A stretch of DNA of 64,000 nucleotides from a virus: positions 1-64,000 of the IMG/VR virus record IMGVR_UViG_3300035670_000119. One strand, given 5' to 3'. Position numbers and translations under genes: made by a program. The notes under the pieces are model-generated. The model was not told the DNA's origin, did no database searches, and worked only from the letters and a program-made list of their open reading frames with translations. Positions 39,175 through 48,493 of the stretch are shown here, in pieces. Numbering within the stretch: the first letter of the stretch is position 1; each line of letters opens with the position of its first letter.

Positions 39175-40338
39175 TCAGACAGTGCCGTCATCTTGCACAA
39201 AGCTGTATGCGGTGGTGACGAAATCTTTGTTCAGGATTTCGAAACCAGCGTACAGTTGCCAAATGAGAATAATGAAACGGCTGAAGTCGTCGTTGTTGTT
39301 GATGAGCACCTGAGCGTTAGGACCGCCGATACCAACACCAACAGACTGAGGACCGAAGAAGTAACCTTGGGCCACTTCCTTAGAAGCATAGCTGGAACCA
39401 CCATCAAAGGAAGCAGAAACGTTCTTGGTCGGGAAGTTGGTCGACTCGAAGAACTTAACGCCTTCAAACTGGACGCCAGTAGGCATCACAGGTTCACCAG
39501 CCAGGAAGTAACCCTGACCAGCCTGGGGACCCATGTAGAAGCTGGCGTTGTTAGGCATCATGGGGTTGCCCATGTACATGCCTTGGCCAGGATTGCCGCT
39601 ATAACGGGCGATCTCACGGAAGTCAGGATCACGACGCAGGTGCATCATGAAGGTGGGATCGCAGATGCAGCGATACAGACCATCACCAAAGGTGGGGACG
39701 TTGCGCTTGCGGAGATCCTTCACAAGGCTCAGCAGGTCGGTACGCACCTGGAACTGCTGAACTTCATTACCATACTCGGTGGAGGTGTAGGACACACGAC
39801 CAGAAGAGTCCTTGGTTTTACCGCCAGCGAAGTAGTAACCACCTTGAGTGGTAGAAGCAGCACCATTGGCTTCGGCTTTGGCGAGTTCATCAATGAACAC
39901 GCGGTCGCGCCAACGGCGATAGTCGTCGAGCAGCGTCAGGCTACCGATCGACTGGTGGAACATGTTGAGGTTGCCACTATCCAGCAGAAGGCGCTGAGCA
40001 GTGATCAGGGTCTCACGTGCAATCTTGAAGGTGCTAGGCTGGGTAGGATCGCCCGGATCTGCAGGACCAGTGTACTCTTTCAGTACAACAAGCACCTTCT
40101 CTTTGGTGATGTTGCGGCTGTTGGCAGTACCGATAGTTTGGTCAGCAATACGCTCGCGGCTGTCCTTAGTACCAGGGGTACCCCAGAACTTATAGCGATC
40201 TAACTGAACGGTTTGACCGGGCTGACGAGTGAAGTCATGAACGACCACGGGCTCGACCGCCATTTCTGCGATATACGCAGGGTGGGGGCGGTAGAGTTCC
40301 GCACCCAAAATCTTTGGAAAGTCGTTATCAATGAACAC
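39175..40338 (-). CDS. major capsid protein
   Basis: 387 aa; PGQTVQL motif; follows scaffold and portal; strong codon bias with antisense shadow ORF. Confidence 0.8.
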   Translation of the reverse strand: MFIDNDFPKILGAELYRPHPAYIAEMAVEPVVVHDFTRQPGQTVQLDRYKFWGTPGTKDSRERIADQTIGTANSRNITKEKVLVVLKEYTGPADPGDPTQPSTFKIARETLITAQRLLLDSGNLNMFHQSIGSLTLLDDYRRWRDRVFIDELAKAEANGAASTTQGGYYFAGGKTKDSSGRVSYTSTEYGNEVQQFQVRTDLLSLVKDLRKRNVPTFGDGLYRCICDPTFMMHLRRDPDFREIARYSGNPGQGMYMGNPMMPNNASFYMGPQAGQGYFLAGEPVMPTGVQFEGVKFFESTNFPTKNVSASFDGGSSYASKEVAQGYFFGPQSVGVGIGGPNAQVLINNNDDFSRFIILIWQLYAGFEILNKDFVTTAYSFVQDDGTV

Positions 40339-40443
40339 TTTGTTTTATCCTCCAGTGTCGCAGGAAGTGTTTTTATCGGATGAAAGATTCAGACATTGTT
40401 ATGTCTTATCTAACACAAATTTTAGCAGTTGGTAATTTACTTA

Positions 40444-41064
40444 TTACATGTACTGCTTGATAGGCATGTTGCTAGAGCCATAAGACTCAGGATCAATAGC
40501 TTGTTGTGCAGCCATCTGCATGGCAGCATCTTGATTCATGCCTGGAATGCCAACCAATTGACCTGCGTTTGCAAGGCCACCGCCAATCATTCCACCAAAC
40601 CCGCCAGCGGCGGTTAAGCCGATTGGAATACCAGCAGTATTAATAAGAGCCTGAGACCGACGAAGGCCAGTCTTAAATTGATCTCTTATTTGGTCTGGAT
40701 CGCCACCTTGAGCGTTTAACTGCCGAAGCATATCGCGAACGTATTCTGCGTTCTCAATTTCAGAAGCAGACATACGAGCTTTGCGTGCAGCTGCTCCTGG
40801 ATTGTTCATGACAACAGCACCGAGGTCGCTCATTGCTTTTACAGCGCGGCCACGTAAGCCAGGAATTTGTGCACCAAGTAGAGCACCAGCTCCGCCAGCG
40901 CCAAGTGCCTCTAATCCAAGGCGGCCAGCACCTTCGTCTTGAGCTTCACCAGAAACCAGGTTTCCTAATGTAGCAAGGCCGGCGGCACCGAGGCCGCCAG
41001 CCACTGCAGAAGCAATGGGATTCCTGCTGATTGTGTTAGCGTACTTACCAGCAAGTTTAATCAT
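40444..41064 (-). CDS. Gly/Ala-rich hypothetical protein
   Basis: 206 aa between scaffold and MCP. Confidence 0.65.
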   Translation of the reverse strand: MIKLAGKYANTISRNPIASAVAGGLGAAGLATLGNLVSGEAQDEGAGRLGLEALGAGGAGALLGAQIPGLRGRAVKAMSDLGAVVMNNPGAAARKARMSASEIENAEYVRDMLRQLNAQGGDPDQIRDQFKTGLRRSQALINTAGIPIGLTAAGGFGGMIGGGLANAGQLVGIPGMNQDAAMQMAAQQAIDPESYGSSNMPIKQYM

Positions 41065-41068
41065 CGCT

Positions 41069-42031
41069 TCACTCCATCACAAACAGTTTGTTTGCAACGA
41101 CTTGAGGCTGGGCTTGGTTCAGGAGGCGCCAGGCTTGTGCAGGATCCACATCCATTTGCTGCTTGAAGGAACCCCAGAAGTTTTCAGGTTGCTGAGGAGC
41201 GGAAGCTGCGGGAGGAGCAGGGAACTGTGGCATGTAAGGATTCACAGCCTCAGTGCGGTAACCAGGGGTTTCCAGGTCGGCCTCACTTTCGTACACGGGG
41301 TACGGGCCTTCAGGACCAAAGAACCGCAAAGTGTAATCACTGAGAACGTCAGGGTTCGTCAGGATCTCGTTGTAAGCCAGGTTCTCTTGGTGCTCGTTAA
41401 CCGCGAACTCGGCATACCCTTCGATCAGGCCTTTGGCTTGGGTGCCCCAGGCAACAGCACTATCCAGCATGCCTTCCAGTTGGAGGGCATAGTTGTTCAG
41501 GATGGCAGGTGCTTCAACGCCGTACGCGCTTACCACGTGACGGGTTTCTGGACTCCACTGGAGCAGATCCGCTACGTCCCCCAAGGATTGAACCGAGAAG
41601 GTTTGGGAAGAGCTGGGCGAGGATGTCGGGTTGGCTTGCCAGGTCTGCGGAGCCGATTGTTGCGTAGCTGGGCCTACTTGCTGGCCGTAGTTCGCCGGGG
41701 CGTACTGAGTCGGCGCTACTGATGGTTGACCCTGGAACGGGGATTGAACTGGTGCGCTCAGAAGGCCCACCACTTTGTTGAACGCCGATTCCCACGGATT
41801 GCTCTGAGTCGCCGGTTGGGATTGGGGGGCGTACTGAGTAGGGGCTGATTGGTAGCTGGGGGCTGCCTGCGGTACTGCTTGGGGGTAGCTGGTACCCACC
41901 TGATACGCCACTGGAGCTGCCTGGTAGCTCGCCGGCGCTTGCGCTGGAGCTGGTGCCACGTAGCTGCTCGGAGCCACCGCTGCCGGAACTTGGCTCGTCT
42001 GTGGGATCGATTGGACGGTAGCGTCCTGCAT
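41069..42031 (-). CDS. putative scaffolding protein
   Basis: P/Q/A-rich; AAGGAG Shine-Dalgarno 7 nt before ATG; position after portal. Confidence 0.65.
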   Translation of the reverse strand: MQDATVQSIPQTSQVPAAVAPSSYVAPAPAQAPASYQAAPVAYQVGTSYPQAVPQAAPSYQSAPTQYAPQSQPATQSNPWESAFNKVVGLLSAPVQSPFQGQPSVAPTQYAPANYGQQVGPATQQSAPQTWQANPTSSPSSSQTFSVQSLGDVADLLQWSPETRHVVSAYGVEAPAILNNYALQLEGMLDSAVAWGTQAKGLIEGYAEFAVNEHQENLAYNEILTNPDVLSDYTLRFFGPEGPYPVYESEADLETPGYRTEAVNPYMPQFPAPPAASAPQQPENFWGSFKQQMDVDPAQAWRLLNQAQPQVVANKLFVME

Positions 42032-43778
42032 AACTCATCTCCTTTTGTAAGGCTTCTAAAGTTCGATACAGATATGGGGTTAAATCCAATCTGGGATCCG
42101 CAGCCATCGGTAGATCCGGTGCTTGCGGGTGAGGAGTCTGCATCATTCCCCCCACTAGTTTCGCGAATTGAGAGTATGCACCCTGCAACTCGTTAACCAT
42201 CCTGAACGGGAACCCAGATAACATCTCGGCTCGTTCCTCATCCGTCTTAGACGGGAAGAGGTATTTCAGTGCTTCAATGCTATCAACACCTAATTCCTGA
42301 AGATTTCGAACAACAATGGAGTTGTTCAAGATATCTTGCGTGGAATCTTCATACACTGGACCAAGCCAGCGCCAAAGTACGGTGAGATCCCCGTCGGGAA
42401 TAAGACCCATGACTCCAGGTGGAATCATTTGGGTCTCTACACATGCCATCATAATTTGTTTCAGTTTCTCGTTGTATTGTTTCAACGCTTCGTCATAAGC
42501 AGCTTGCTCTTCTGGCCTTGCTTCTTTTGGAAGATCTACTGGTTTTTCTAATCCAGCGGCGGCGGCTAGTGTTGTTTTAAACAACTGTTCTTCTTGGTAA
42601 ATAATTAATTCCAAACACCGGCAAATACCATGTGTATAAATTGCGTTTGCTTTTTTCTTTGATGTGGCCGCAACACGTCCGAAGAGTGACTTGTATTCAG
42701 TTGCGGTTACACCTGCAGAGATAGACAGTTCATCTACGCCGCCTAGTGCAGTACGGATTTCTTCGCGATACTGACGCGCAAATGCATTTTGGTCACCAGT
42801 AATCGCATCAGGAACAATGTAACCAACTCGATCGTTTGGTTCCAGGTTTGCAATAATCCGTGGAACACGAATCTGACCATCAATGCTACGGCTGGTGGGA
42901 TCAGCCTTGAACATTGACCGACTCATCGGTGAAGGGCTGGCAAAGCCAGAGTTTGCTGCAATAGAAGGACGCTGGATATTAACGTCCCCACCTGCCTCCA
43001 TTAGGTCGGTCTTGGGACGAGAGGAAAGAAGCGTGGGATTACCAAAGAACGTAATATTCTTTCGCATCGTACGCATCAATTCATCGTGCGTACAAATGTG
43101 ATTGGCCATGGCATCGAATTCGCCAATGCCTTCTGTGGAGAATCCCTGGGGATTGTTAAGAATCTCGACGCAAGGAATAAAGCCTAGGCTATTCTTGAAT
43201 TCTTTTGTTGTTCCAGTAACTGCATAGGTAGGCATGTCAAAAGACATTTCGCCATCTGAGTGCGTTTCTTCAATCAGATCCGGACGAATAGAAAGACGGA
43301 TATACCGTTTGGCGCCAGGGCTATACGTACTCTTGGAGCCGGTCAAATTTGTAGTATTAATTTGATCACCAAAGCCCGCTCCACGCCTGACCTTGTAGCT
43401 GTAGATGATTACGACTTCATCTAGCTCACCGTCAACGTTGTAGTATGTCCTGTACTCGTGCTCGCGGAAGTAATAGAGGCGATAACTGTTTTTAGTTGGG
43501 CGGATATAAAACAACCCTTTGCCATCACACAGGAAGTACTCCCAGATAGAATCCAGGCGCGTATCCATCTTGTTGTACTTCAGTACGCGATCAAGAAAGT
43601 CCTTGCGCTGGGCACCAAAATTATCTTGTGCTGGAAAGAACTCAACTCCCTGGCGAATGCCAAAGAGTTTCATTTGTGCAATATGGGACGCGACAATTCC
43701 GGTATCAACGACAATGTCACTATCCTTGTCAAGGTAGGCATTGACAATTTCTTGAAGCCGGGCTTTAGCGTCTGCCAT
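41514..43778 (-). CDS. portal protein
   Basis: Downstream of TerL; GFIPCV motif; helical core; C-terminal tail overlaps next gene. Confidence 0.75.
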   Translation of the reverse strand: MADAKARLQEIVNAYLDKDSDIVVDTGIVASHIAQMKLFGIRQGVEFFPAQDNFGAQRKDFLDRVLKYNKMDTRLDSIWEYFLCDGKGLFYIRPTKNSYRLYYFREHEYRTYYNVDGELDEVVIIYSYKVRRGAGFGDQINTTNLTGSKSTYSPGAKRYIRLSIRPDLIEETHSDGEMSFDMPTYAVTGTTKEFKNSLGFIPCVEILNNPQGFSTEGIGEFDAMANHICTHDELMRTMRKNITFFGNPTLLSSRPKTDLMEAGGDVNIQRPSIAANSGFASPSPMSRSMFKADPTSRSIDGQIRVPRIIANLEPNDRVGYIVPDAITGDQNAFARQYREEIRTALGGVDELSISAGVTATEYKSLFGRVAATSKKKANAIYTHGICRCLELIIYQEEQLFKTTLAAAAGLEKPVDLPKEARPEEQAAYDEALKQYNEKLKQIMMACVETQMIPPGVMGLIPDGDLTVLWRWLGPVYEDSTQDILNNSIVVRNLQELGVDSIEALKYLFPSKTDEERAEMLSGFPFRMVNELQGAYSQFAKLVGGMMQTPHPQAPDLPMAADPRLDLTPYLYRTLEALQKEMSYAGRYRPIDPTDEPSSGSGGSEQLRGTSSSASAGELPGSSSGVSGGYQLPPSSTAGSPQLPISPYSVRPPIPTGDSEQSVGIGVQQSGGPSERTSSIPVPGSTISSADSVRPGELRPASRPSYATIGSADLASQPDILAQLFPNLLGSILGGRSGSAPVESRNPSRGKRVRR

Positions 43779-43815
43779 TATCTTGGTCTTTTGTTGAATA
43801 CTAACAAGTTATTTT

Positions 43816-44337
43816 TTAAATTGCACCTGTACCAAGTTCACCCTGCAATCCAGGTCCTTGATAACGCTCAAAATATGGACGAATACCAGGCATCAAGCCC
43901 TCTGGCACCCCATAGGGCCATCGATAATTACGCAACGGATTGGAACGATTATTCATTGTGTAATTCGTAGGGTCGTATGGCAGAAATTGAGTATCTTGCC
44001 GAGTGCGTACATCTCCCGGAATGTCGCTCATGCCGCCATCGCGATTGCCAATAAGCTGTTTCAAAGTTGGTTTGGAGCCAGAGGCAGGTCTGCTTTGCGC
44101 AACTAACATTCCACCAACGTTACCAACTCCCGCCGCGGGCAACTGTGGTTGAAGTGGAAAAGTAAATTGTTTTTCCTCGTATTCTTTGGTCTCCTTTCCG
44201 GGAAGAAGGGGTTTATGCCAAGGCTCTCCACCTTGAATCTTAAAACGCGGATCTAAAAGAGGATTGCCACCCGCAACGGCACCTTGATTACCAACAAAAC
44301 CACCGTATGTGCCGCCGGGTTGTGTAATGTAACGCAT
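43816..44337 (-). CDS. hypothetical protein
   Basis: G/P-rich ORF. Confidence 0.55.
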   Translation of the reverse strand: MRYITQPGGTYGGFVGNQGAVAGGNPLLDPRFKIQGGEPWHKPLLPGKETKEYEEKQFTFPLQPQLPAAGVGNVGGMLVAQSRPASGSKPTLKQLIGNRDGGMSDIPGDVRTRQDTQFLPYDPTNYTMNNRSNPLRNYRWPYGVPEGLMPGIRPYFERYQGPGLQGELGTGAI

Positions 44338-44362
44338 CCTTTTATCTATCAATCTTTTTATT

Positions 44363-44545
44363 TTACTCTTCTATAACCTCGTAACCAGCCGCGTCATTCA
44401 CTTTGCTAAGAACAATGCCGTTGCTGCGTACGTCCCAGTTGAGAATATCGCCTTCTTGCCAGCCCAAATCTTCAATCACCTCGTCAGGAAGAACAATATA
44501 CTGGTCTCCGTTCTCGTCCTCCTGGACCTCAAGGATGTAACTCAT
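44363..44545 (-). CDS. AbrB/MazE-type DNA-binding protein
   Basis: GDQYIVLPDEVIEDLGWQEGDILNW. Confidence 0.8.
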   Translation of the reverse strand: MSYILEVQEDENGDQYIVLPDEVIEDLGWQEGDILNWDVRSNGIVLSKVNDAAGYEVIEE

Positions 44546-44847
44546 TTGCTTGAAAGCATCGTCTCGATTAGTTTATCAAGCTTATTATTAATTTCGCGAA
44601 AGTTGTCTCGCATATCTTGGATTTCTCTTAAGAAATCAACTTTAAGGACATACTCTAGAGGCAAGCGCTTCAGGTCTTCTTCCAAAAGATCGATCCTTCT
44701 CTTCTGTGATCCTATGTAATTGTAGGCCTGTTGCACCTGGTCGTTGTATCGACTTAAGATTTTGGATGCGGCCCAGCCGCCGCCGGTAACAGCCGATATG
44801 ACGGCGGTTAAGCCGATGGCTAAGTATTCGGGTCCCACCGCAAACAA
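44542..44847 (-). CDS. membrane-anchored coiled-coil protein
   Basis: N-terminal TM helix; YVLKVDF...INNKLDKL. Confidence 0.65.
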   Translation of the reverse strand: MFAVGPEYLAIGLTAVISAVTGGGWAASKILSRYNDQVQQAYNYIGSQKRRIDLLEEDLKRLPLEYVLKVDFLREIQDMRDNFREINNKLDKLIETMLSSK

Positions 44848-44869
44848 TGCTTTTTTCTAATTCTAGAGT

Positions 44870-46396
44870 TTAGTAATCAACCTGAAGCTGACCTTTTCGC
44901 ATTAAACCGGTAAGCAAAAACACAAGTGCGTCGACACAGTCATCGTGGCTGCTAACGCCAAAGTTAGTCAACTCCTCAAACATTGAAGTGAAATTGCGGA
45001 AGCGATTAAAAATAATTTTTCGATCCTCAAACATCCCCATGCAGCCACGGAAACGTGCAAGTTTATCCGCACGGAAACCTTTGACAGCATGCCAATTCAA
45101 GTTGTACAAACCTTCATTGTTCAAACAGATACGTTTAAAGTCTGCCTCCAGGGAAGCCTGATACGCCACAGCCTCGCTCCAGATATCACAAGTTGAATAC
45201 GTAGGAAAGTAATTACCAGAGTCGTCTTTCCCAAGAACAGACCAATCGTTTAACAATTCTTTGAGGGCATCTAGTTTCTCTAGATTACCCATGACACGTA
45301 AACGTCTGTAATCGATGATATGAATTTGATCGCCTATGCGGCCACCAAGAACCATGACCGTGTAATCGTTTTTCTCCTTAGTACCAACAGAGAGATCAAC
45401 CCCGATTCCGAGGGTGTCAAATTCAGTTGAGATTTCAGCCTTAACGATCAGCTCTGGCGCCAGAGACAACTCGTTTTGTCTAACAACCTGATTCATGTAC
45501 TGGAAAGAAAAAGCAATAGGAGCTTGCCGCTTTTTTTCCTTTAGATAGTCCAGAGACCACATCTCTGGCCAGTAAGAAATTTCTTCCCCTGTTTTGGGAT
45601 CATTAAGAATGGCGGACAAGACAATCTGCTGCCAATTGTTTTGCTCGTTAAAAGTTGTGGAATGAATGTCATCATGGCGAAAGCGTGTGCCAAGGCAAAT
45701 TGCACGTCCTCCCTCGAACATGGTGGGCGCAATCACAGCGTTCCAGTTTTCCTGCATCTGTTTGCGGATATCTGGGTTGGCAATATCAGCGGCAGATTTA
45801 ATGGCGTCATCAATCATCACCAGGTGTGAGCGCTTAGAGGTCACAGAACCTTTCAAACCAGCCGCGCAAAGCGTAAACTGTTCTTCACCCGTGGTATCAA
45901 TGCCAGCAAACTTGTGATCAATTGACCAGTACTCATTACTGGTTACGTTCTTCAATAGACGTACTTTTGGGAAGACTTCTTGGTATCGTTTGCTTTCGAT
46001 GATACGTTTGATAGTTGCAGATTTAGAACGAGCAATATCAACGGTGTAGGAAAGATAAAGAATTTGAAGTGGTTTTTGAGCATGAGTATGGATGCCAATG
46101 GCCCAAGCTGTCAGCAGACCTAGTACTGTTGACTTAGCGGAACCACGGGGGGCCAAGAGGTCGACGTTAGGTCCAGCAATCTTGATGAGGCAACTACTAT
46201 CTTCGTGGGTAACGAAGTGGCGATGCCAATACTTGTGATGCGTGGCGGGAGGCTTATCAGCTACATACTCACAAAAGAAACCAAAATCTTCTCGTGCACG
46301 CTCAATATTTTCTAAGTTTTTATGTGGTCTAATTTGTTGCTTTTGTGCTGCCGCCCTGGCATTACGTCGATATGCAAGATGTTGGTAAGCAGGCAC
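44870..46396 (-). CDS. terL: terminase large subunit
   Basis: Walker A APRGSAKST, Walker B LVMIDD, GTRF, GVDLS and HDDCVDA. Confidence 0.92.
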   Translation of the reverse strand: MPAYQHLAYRRNARAAAQKQQIRPHKNLENIERAREDFGFFCEYVADKPPATHHKYWHRHFVTHEDSSCLIKIAGPNVDLLAPRGSAKSTVLGLLTAWAIGIHTHAQKPLQILYLSYTVDIARSKSATIKRIIESKRYQEVFPKVRLLKNVTSNEYWSIDHKFAGIDTTGEEQFTLCAAGLKGSVTSKRSHLVMIDDAIKSAADIANPDIRKQMQENWNAVIAPTMFEGGRAICLGTRFRHDDIHSTTFNEQNNWQQIVLSAILNDPKTGEEISYWPEMWSLDYLKEKKRQAPIAFSFQYMNQVVRQNELSLAPELIVKAEISTEFDTLGIGVDLSVGTKEKNDYTVMVLGGRIGDQIHIIDYRRLRVMGNLEKLDALKELLNDWSVLGKDDSGNYFPTYSTCDIWSEAVAYQASLEADFKRICLNNEGLYNLNWHAVKGFRADKLARFRGCMGMFEDRKIIFNRFRNFTSMFEELTNFGVSSHDDCVDALVFLLTGLMRKGQLQVDY

Positions 46397-46428
46397 AACA
46401 ATAGGTTCAAGTATTACTGAATACTACT

Positions 46429-46593
46429 TTATTTTTGTTGGGTCTGGTTCTTTTTACGTTCTTGATACTGGCGTGCCTTGTCCAAAGCCGCCTTGCGTTT
46501 TTCCTTGTCCGTCATCTTGCTGCCGTCTTTGTTCTTCGCGTTCTTTGTCTTGAAGTGCTCCAGGAGCTGAGGCGGCCTTTTGTTCTTTGTCAT
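46429..46593 (-). CDS. small basic protein (54 aa), overlapping next ORF
   Basis: Hand-translated MTKNKRPPQLLEHFKTKNAKNKDGSKMTDKEKRKAALDKARQYQERKK... Confidence 0.55.
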   Translation of the reverse strand: MTKNKRPPQLLEHFKTKNAKNKDGSKMTDKEKRKAALDKARQYQERKKNQTQQK

Positions 46594-46768
46594 TTTTAAG
46601 AGCGTTTAAAACGGCAGCTCCTTGTTTTGCTTCGCCGCCAATGGGAGAACCTTGCAATTCACGTACTCCGCCGAAACGGTTTTTTTGAAGTTGCTGAACA
46701 ACATTCATGAGTCCACCAGCGAGACGCGCATCGTTGGCTGGTGGCATCTGTTCGCCGGAAGGTTTCAT
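46454..46768 (-). CDS. hypothetical protein
   Basis: 104-aa ORF. Confidence 0.55.
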   Translation of the reverse strand: MKPSGEQMPPANDARLAGGLMNVVQQLQKNRFGGVRELQGSPIGGEAKQGAAVLNALKNDKEQKAASAPGALQDKEREEQRRQQDDGQGKTQGGFGQGTPVSRT

Positions 46769-46779
46769 GTTCTTATTGT

Positions 46780-47400
46780 TTAGGTTTCGTCATACTGAAT
46801 TTTAGCCCATACACTCATTGAAGCTTCTTCCAAGGGCAATTCAATTGGATCATCCTTAAAGCAAGCCATCAACTCACGAATTGCTCTATCCGCACCAGCC
46901 ATCAACAAACCTTTGCGATCGCGGTTTGAAGTGTAGTTTTCAATCTGTGCAATCGTACCGCGCAATTCTTTTTGCATTGCAGCAATACGTGCAACACCTG
47001 CATCGCGTTTTACGAGGCCTTCATCTACATCCTGGCGTAACTTACGAATATCCTCCTGCATCTCATCAATTTCGTAGAGGAGGGTTTTGCGATGATCTGG
47101 TTTTGGATAGTTGGTTTTAAGCCAGAGTTCACACGCAGCAATGCTTCCCTTATAGCCCAGGAAACGAGCATAGAGGAAGCACTCAATGATGGAGTAATTA
47201 TCGAGAGAAAAACCGCTAAAAGCTTCTTGTTCAGCAGAGTTTAAATTATCAAACCACTGCTCAAACAGCTTAATATCGATAAGCTCGCTGGGCCTGGTTG
47301 TAGTCTCGGGCTTCGTCAGCTTGACGGAACTGCTGCGATTGTTCAGATGAGGTGCGCTGTTCTTCTGCGCCCTTGCCGATGGTTTCTCGCTCTTGTTCAC
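46780..47400 (-). CDS. putative terminase small subunit (DUF3486-like)
   Basis: Helical; near terL; GGAGG 6 nt before GTG at 47400; family call is weak. Confidence 0.5.
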   Translation of the reverse strand: MNKSEKPSARAQKNSAPHLNNRSSSVKLTKPETTTRPSELIDIKLFEQWFDNLNSAEQEAFSGFSLDNYSIIECFLYARFLGYKGSIAACELWLKTNYPKPDHRKTLLYEIDEMQEDIRKLRQDVDEGLVKRDAGVARIAAMQKELRGTIAQIENYTSNRDRKGLLMAGADRAIRELMACFKDDPIELPLEEASMSVWAKIQYDET

Positions 47401-47518
47401 CAAGATCCTCCGCTTTTTTCTTAGAGAAACTATAAGCTACTTCAGCAGCTTGTTTGTATTTATCTAGGTCAAACCAGTCATCAGTATCGGTTTGTCCTGT
47501 TGGTACGCTGCTAGCCAT
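47270..47518 (-). CDS. hypothetical protein
   Basis: MASSVPTGQTDTDDWFDLDKY. Confidence 0.65.
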   Translation of the reverse strand: MASSVPTGQTDTDDWFDLDKYKQAAEVAYSFSKKKAEDLGEQERETIGKGAEEQRTSSEQSQQFRQADEARDYNQAQRAYRY

Positions 47519-47544
47519 AGCTTATAGCTCTAACTTGAAGGGGA

Positions 47545-47724
47545 TCAGAAGTTGCTCATCATGCTGGCAAGACCTTGCGCGTAAATATTACGGCGGCCTT
47601 CCAGGGATTCTTGGCGCTTTTGACGACCTTTTGAACCTTCCAGCTTGTCAAGCAAGGTCTGGAATTTATCGATATCAAAGTAATCGTCGGTAGCACTTTG
47701 GCCGGTAGGGACAGAAGCAGTCAT
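47545..47724 (-). CDS. hypothetical protein (N-terminus shared with neighbour)
   Basis: Hand-translated MTASVPTGQSATDDYFDIDKFQTLLDKLEGSKGRQKRQES...GLASMMSNF. Confidence 0.65.
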   Translation of the reverse strand: MTASVPTGQSATDDYFDIDKFQTLLDKLEGSKGRQKRQESLEGRRNIYAQGLASMMSNF

Positions 47725-47763
47725 GTGAATAACGCATTGGTTATTTACTTATTTTAAACAATA

Positions 47764-48483
47764 TTATCCAAAAGCGGAAGTAAGTAGACCGTACATTGAT
47801 CCGGCAAGTTGCATTTTACCGAGAGCTTTGTCTGCTTCCGTTCGAGTTGTCATGGATTTCAGGCTATATTCACCAGTTGTCTTGGCAACGTCACGTGCTG
47901 CTAATCCTTCAATATCAGCAACACGTTCAAGACCGGCATTAATAATTGGCTGAAGGTCCAGCTTGCCCTTGGTCTCGATCTCGGCTACCCTTTGCCGCCA
48001 CTCGGATTCCCTGTCGGCAGTATACTTGGTGCCTTCTAAACCAAGCTCTGCAACCCTGTTTTGCGCATTTGCGTAAGCATTTGCAACATTAAGGTCACCT
48101 TCGTTTTCGGCGCGCTGAAGATCTACGTTGGCGTTACCAACATTCTGGAAGAGCGTGTTTAGAGTGTTGGTATCAAACTGAATACCATTGATTGTTGCAG
48201 AGGTGGGATTTGGATTGACATTATTGTTGTTATTGTTAGTGTTGGTATTAGTATTGGTGTTGGTCGGCGGCTGCCAGGTAGACGCATAGTTTTGCGCACT
48301 AGAGGCAACCTTGGCGGAGGGCGCCCTTGTCTCAATCCTTGATACAATTGACGTCGGCGTTAAGCCTGTTTTCTTTTCAATTTGCTTGAGTTCGCCAGCG
48401 CCAATTTTTTTGCCGTAGTCACTGATGTCAATCTTCTTGCCGGCAATTTTAATTGTATCGTTCTTCTTGTCTTTGTTTGCCAT
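47764..48483 (-). CDS. putative internal virion protein
   Basis: 239 aa with Asn/Thr low-complexity linker. Confidence 0.65.
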   Translation of the reverse strand: MANKDKKNDTIKIAGKKIDISDYGKKIGAGELKQIEKKTGLTPTSIVSRIETRAPSAKVASSAQNYASTWQPPTNTNTNTNTNNNNNNVNPNPTSATINGIQFDTNTLNTLFQNVGNANVDLQRAENEGDLNVANAYANAQNRVAELGLEGTKYTADRESEWRQRVAEIETKGKLDLQPIINAGLERVADIEGLAARDVAKTTGEYSLKSMTTRTEADKALGKMQLAGSMYGLLTSAFG

Positions 48484-48493
48484 CGTTTTATAC

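Noticed and set aside
39193-40203. 336-aa antisense ORF in the capsid gene
   Set aside because: Expected from strong codon bias in the mirrored frame; no motifs
47412-47424. AAAAAAG slippery site fusing the small ORF to the TerS-like gene
   Set aside because: Heptamer is not in the required frame, the -1 frame stops quickly, and an SD-GTG start explains the overlap
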